From the sequence record NZ_LC532224.1: 64,000 bases of DNA; one strand, 5' to 3'. This document shows, one piece after another, positions 60,925 to 64,000 of this stretch. The position numbers and the translations under genes are program-made. This DNA comes from a plasmid. The notes below the pieces were generated by a model. The model was not told the origin of the DNA. It was given only the letters and a program-made list of their open reading frames with translations, and did no database searches. Position 1 is the first letter of the stretch. Each line of letters starts with the position of its first letter.

Positions 60925-61956
60925 ATGATCGCTGAACTGTTTATGAATAATGCGTTTAATTTGACGGTAATTCTTAGCTGCTGTGCCGCGCTGGTCCTGA
61001 TGAGCGTCTGGTATCATCGTGGGGAGCGTCGCTGCAAAGGATTCATATTTCATGCCGCACAATTTTTTGTCTATGCCATTATCATTGGGACGTTTGGCAG
61101 CATTGCTAATAACGTTATCGAAAGTTACAGCCTGAAATTTATCTCCCCCAGCGTGGTCGACTTTATCTGCACCTCGTTGATTGCGTTGATCCTGACCATC
61201 AAACTTTTTCTGGTGATTAATCAGTTTGAAAAGACGCAGATTAATAAAGGCAGAGATATCACCAGCGCGAGGATCCTGTCGCGTATCATCAAGATCACCA
61301 TCGTGGTTGCCATCATTTTACTGTATGGCGAACACTTCGGTATGAGCTTATCCGGCCTGTTAACCTTTGGCGGTATTGGCGGTATCGCAGTGGGTATGGC
61401 GGGGAAAGATATTCTGAGCAACTTTTTCTCAGGCATTATGCTCTATTTCGACAGACCGTTTAGCATAGGCGATTGGATCCGCTCCCCGGACCGCAATATT
61501 GAAGGCACGGTAGCAGAAATTGGCTGGCGAATGACTAAAATAAACACCTTCGACCATCGTCCGTTGTATGTGCCAAACTCGATTTTCTCCTCCATCAGCG
61601 TAGAAAACCCAGGGCGCATGACCAACCGGCGAATTAAAACGGTGATCGGGTTACGATATGAGGATGCCGATAAAGTCGGTGCCGTTGTCGAGTCGGTCAG
61701 AGAAATGCTGCAAAACCATCCAGGAATAGACCAGAAACAAACTCTGTTGGTCTATTTTAATGAATTTGCCGATTCATCGTTGAATATCATGGTGTATTGC
61801 TTCACGAAAACCACCGTCTGGAAGGATTGGCTCGCGGTACAGCAAGACGTTTATTTAAAGATTATCACGATAGTCCAGGCAAACGGTGCCGACTTTGCAT
61901 TCCCCAGCCAGACGCTGTATATGGATAATCCTGAAGCATCGCCATCGACACACTAA
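60925..61956 (+). CDS. ynaI: MscS-family mechanosensitive channel YnaI
   Basis: [17 protein letters not shown]... aligns with E. coli YnaI; ORF-track start 60910 is an N-terminal extension. Confidence 0.8.
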   Translation: MIAELFMNNAFNLTVILSCCAALVLMSVWYHRGERRCKGFIFHAAQFFVYAIIIGTFGSIANNVIESYSLKFISPSVVDFICTSLIALILTIKLFLVINQFEKTQINKGRDITSARILSRIIKITIVVAIILLYGEHFGMSLSGLLTFGGIGGIAVGMAGKDILSNFFSGIMLYFDRPFSIGDWIRSPDRNIEGTVAEIGWRMTKINTFDHRPLYVPNSIFSSISVENPGRMTNRRIKTVIGLRYEDADKVGAVVESVREMLQNHPGIDQKQTLLVYFNEFADSSLNIMVYCFTKTTVWKDWLAVQQDVYLKIITIVQANGADFAFPSQTLYMDNPEASPSTH

Positions 61957-61966
61957 CAAAAGAAAA

Positions 61967-61990
61967 GACGCGGAAATCCGCGTCTTTTTT
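61967..61990 (+). terminator. intrinsic terminator of ynaI
   Basis: GACGCGGAAATCCGCGTC hairpin followed by TTTTTT. Confidence 0.7.
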
Positions 61991-62093
61991 GTACTTATTT
62001 CAATGAAGCAATATCAATTACAAAGCGGTATTTCACATCGCTTTTCAACATCCGCTGCCAGGCACGATTAATATCCTGGGTAATGACTCCAAC

Positions 62094-62597
62094 TTATTGA
62101 TAGTGTTTTATGTTCAGATAATGCCCGATGACTTTGTCATGCAGCTCCACCGATTTTGAGAACGACAGCGACTTCCGTCCCAGCCGTGCCAGGTGCTGCC
62201 TCAGATTCAGGTTATGCCGCTCAATTCGCTGCGTATATCGCTTGCTGATTACGTGCAGCTTTCCCTTCAGGCGGGATTCATACAGCGGCCAGCCATCCGT
62301 CATCCATATCACCACGTCAAAGGGTGACAGCAGGCTCATAAGACGCCCCAGCGTCGCCATCGTGCGTTCACCGAATACGTGCGCAACAACCGTCTTCCGG
62401 AGCCTGTCATACGCGTAAAACAGCCAGCGCTGGCGCGATTTAGCCCCGACGTATCCCCACTGTTCGTCCATTTCCGCGCAGACGATGACGTCACTGCCCG
62501 GCTGTATGCGCGAGGTTACCGACTGCGGCCTGAGTTTTTTAAATGGCGGAAAATCGTGTTGAGGCCAACGCCCATAATGCGGGCGGTTGCCCGGCAT
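62094..62597 (-). CDS. insB: IS1 InsB
   Basis: identical to 58805..59308 product. Confidence 0.9.
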   Translation of the reverse strand: MPGNRPHYGRWPQHDFPPFKKLRPQSVTSRIQPGSDVIVCAEMDEQWGYVGAKSRQRWLFYAYDRLRKTVVAHVFGERTMATLGRLMSLLSPFDVVIWMTDGWPLYESRLKGKLHVISKRYTQRIERHNLNLRQHLARLGRKSLSFSKSVELHDKVIGHYLNIKHYQ

Positions 62598-62791
62598 CCA
62601 ACGCCATTCATGGCCATATCAATGATTTTCTGGTGCGTACCGGGTTGAGAAGCGGTGTAAGTGAACTGCAGTTGCCATGTTTTACGGCAGTGAGAGCAGA
62701 GATAGCGCTGATGTCCGGCAGTGCTTTTGCCGTTACGCACCACCCCGTCAGTAGCTGAACAGGAGGGACAGCTGATAGAAACAGAAGCCAC
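62516..62791 (-). CDS. insA: IS1 InsA
   Basis: identical to 59227..59502 product. Confidence 0.9.
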   Translation of the reverse strand: MASVSISCPSCSATDGVVRNGKSTAGHQRYLCSHCRKTWQLQFTYTASQPGTHQKIIDMAMNGVGCRATARIMGVGLNTIFRHLKNSGRSR

Positions 62792-63077
62792 TGGAGCACC
62801 TCAAAAACACCATCATACACTAAATCAGTAAGTTGGCAGCATCACCACCTCGCTGAACCTTGCCATATAAGCATCGTACTCAGCCTGGTCTTCAGGAGAT
62901 AAAAAATTTGGTGGGAGGAGCATCAGAATCCTTTCATCCTAGCTTGTATACCTTCTTCGTAGGCCAGCTCGCCATTATCGGTAAAAGATGGTTTTTGATG
63001 TTTATGATAAAGCTTAATTTTTCGTCAGGCTTGATAGCGTTACCGGAGAGATTTGATCTTTTCTCTTCAACTCGCAA

Positions 63078-63097
63078 TACTGTTTATACATACAGTA
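63078..63097 (+). promoter_or_regulatory. LexA (SOS) box
   Basis: TACTGTTTATACATACAGTA, CTGT-N8-ACAG, 20 nt upstream of umuD-like start. Confidence 0.75.
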
Positions 63098-63116
63098 CAA
63101 GAATTCGAGTGTAGCT

Positions 63117-63551
63117 ATGTCTGTTATCCTTGAGCACATTAGCAACAAGCCTTACGAAATGGCACCTTTTTTCAGTGATTTACTAAGCTGTGGAGTGATG
63201 AGTCCGTGCGCCGGGCATGAAGATAATGAATTAAATTTGCATGAATATGTAGTCCGCAACCGCCCCTCAACCTTCTTTGTCAGGGCGGCGGGCCTCAGTA
63301 TGATCAATGCCGGTATCAATGATGGAGCAATACTGGTTGTGGATCGGTCTTTAACAGCACGACACGGCTCTATCGTCGTTGCGCTGGTGGATGGAGAGTT
63401 TACGGTAAAGATCTTACACACGTATCCTGAGCTGCTTTTGATGCCTTCTAATCCAGCCTATAAGCCGATACGTGTAAATCCTGAATCCCTTGAGATATGG
63501 GGCGTCGTCACCTTTGCACTGAATCAGTTCAGCCATGTACATGCACGTTGA
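63117..63551 (+). CDS. umuD: UmuD/MucA-family S24 peptidase-like subunit of error-prone polymerase V
   Basis: 144 aa; LexA-like cleavage region CAGHED and Ser/Lys dyad context (GLSMINAGI ... VKIL). Confidence 0.7.
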   Translation: MSVILEHISNKPYEMAPFFSDLLSCGVMSPCAGHEDNELNLHEYVVRNRPSTFFVRAAGLSMINAGINDGAILVVDRSLTARHGSIVVALVDGEFTVKILHTYPELLLMPSNPAYKPIRVNPESLEIWGVVTFALNQFSHVHAR

Positions 63552-64000
63552 TATTAACGGAGCCTATGCGGCATTTGAGTGTGCGATGGATCCCAAGCTG
63601 TCAAAAAAGCCGCTCATCATAGCCAGCAATAACGATTCGTCCGTCATTGCAATGAATAAACTGGCTAAAAGCGTTGGTATTAAGCGTGGGACCCCAATTT
63701 TTAAGTGCAGGGATTTGATTCAGCAACACCGGATCGAAGTCCGGAGCTCTAACTTTACTTTGTATGAAGACTACTCAAATCGCTTCCATGAAACGCTGGA
63801 AAGCTTCGCGCCTCAATCGAGTCGATATAGCATAGATGAAAATTTCATGTTATTGAAAAACATGAACAAGATAATAGATTATGAAGATTACGGCCGGTTG
63901 ATCAGAAGTACACTTCTTCATAATCTGTCCCTTACCTGTGGTGTGGGTTGTTCAAGCACCAAAACCCTCGCTAAATTATGCACCTATGCGAGCAAACGAT
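63541..64000 (+). CDS. umuC: UmuC/MucB-like Y-family DNA polymerase, N-terminal part (runs off window)
   Basis: MHVDINGAYAAFECAMDPKLSKKPLIIASNNDSSVIAMNKLAKSVGIKRG... parallels UmuC N-terminus; overlaps umuD stop; alternative ATG at 63535. Confidence 0.6.
   Translation, partial: MHVDINGAYAAFECAMDPKLSKKPLIIASNNDSSVIAMNKLAKSVGIKRGTPIFKCRDLIQQHRIEVRSSNFTLYEDYSNRFHETLESFAPQSSRYSIDENFMLLKNMNKIIDYEDYGRLIRSTLLHNLSLTCGVGCSSTKTLAKLCTYASKR

Larger units (their letters stand above)
62079..62846 (-). mobile_element. IS1 copy B, 768 bp, identical and in direct orientation to copy A
   Basis: same termini and internal sequence as 58790..59557. Confidence 0.9.

Noticed and set aside
58790-62846. Interpreting the two IS1 copies as an assembly duplication
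   Set aside because: The flanks differ at all four junctions and the intervening 2.5 kb is coherent E. coli chromosomal sequence. A genuine composite or cointegrate-derived structure is more parsimonious, though only read-level data can confirm it.

Overview
This window reads as a mosaic segment of a large enterobacterial conjugative plasmid of the IncHI type. That is a by-eye protein-homology call, not a database hit. Five modules are visible. (1) 1-14.3 kb, GC-rich: the known Ter-linked neighbourhood. A TerD-family gene (terZ-like) sits on the minus strand at the left edge. Diverging from it is a biosynthetic operon (ATP-grasp, two phosphoribosyltransferase-like proteins, HAD hydrolase, HpcH/HpaI aldolase, DUF4236-like protein), then terW and the 'TerY-P' cluster (three vWA terY paralogs, TerD-like terX, PP2C phosphatase, Ser/Thr kinase). 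(2) 14.4-17.5 kb: junction genes (CoiA-like nuclease-like protein, plasmid Hha paralog, tyrosine recombinase). (3) 17.5-39 kb: a visibly AT-richer co-directional array of about 26 minus-strand genes of mostly unknown function. It includes a UvrD-like helicase, a Toprim primase-like protein, an OB-fold protein, a CobS/CobT-like AAA+/vWA pair and five tandem paralogs. The array is punctuated by a family of structured GC hairpins in nearly every intergenic spacer. It is the strongest candidate for an undescribed system. (4) 39-51 kb: IncHI Tra2-type transfer genes (lipoprotein, TrhN/TraN, TrhU, TrhW, TrhP) and a 1434-aa Ig-like RSP-type surface protein. (5) 51-64 kb: an accessory mosaic. It holds IS26 abutting an IS5 remnant, an orphan cassette with an 1111-aa domain-less protein plus small membrane proteins, two identical direct IS1 copies bracketing captured E. 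coli chromosomal genes (uspE', ynaJ, ynaI), and a LexA-boxed umuDC/mucAB-like operon running off the window.
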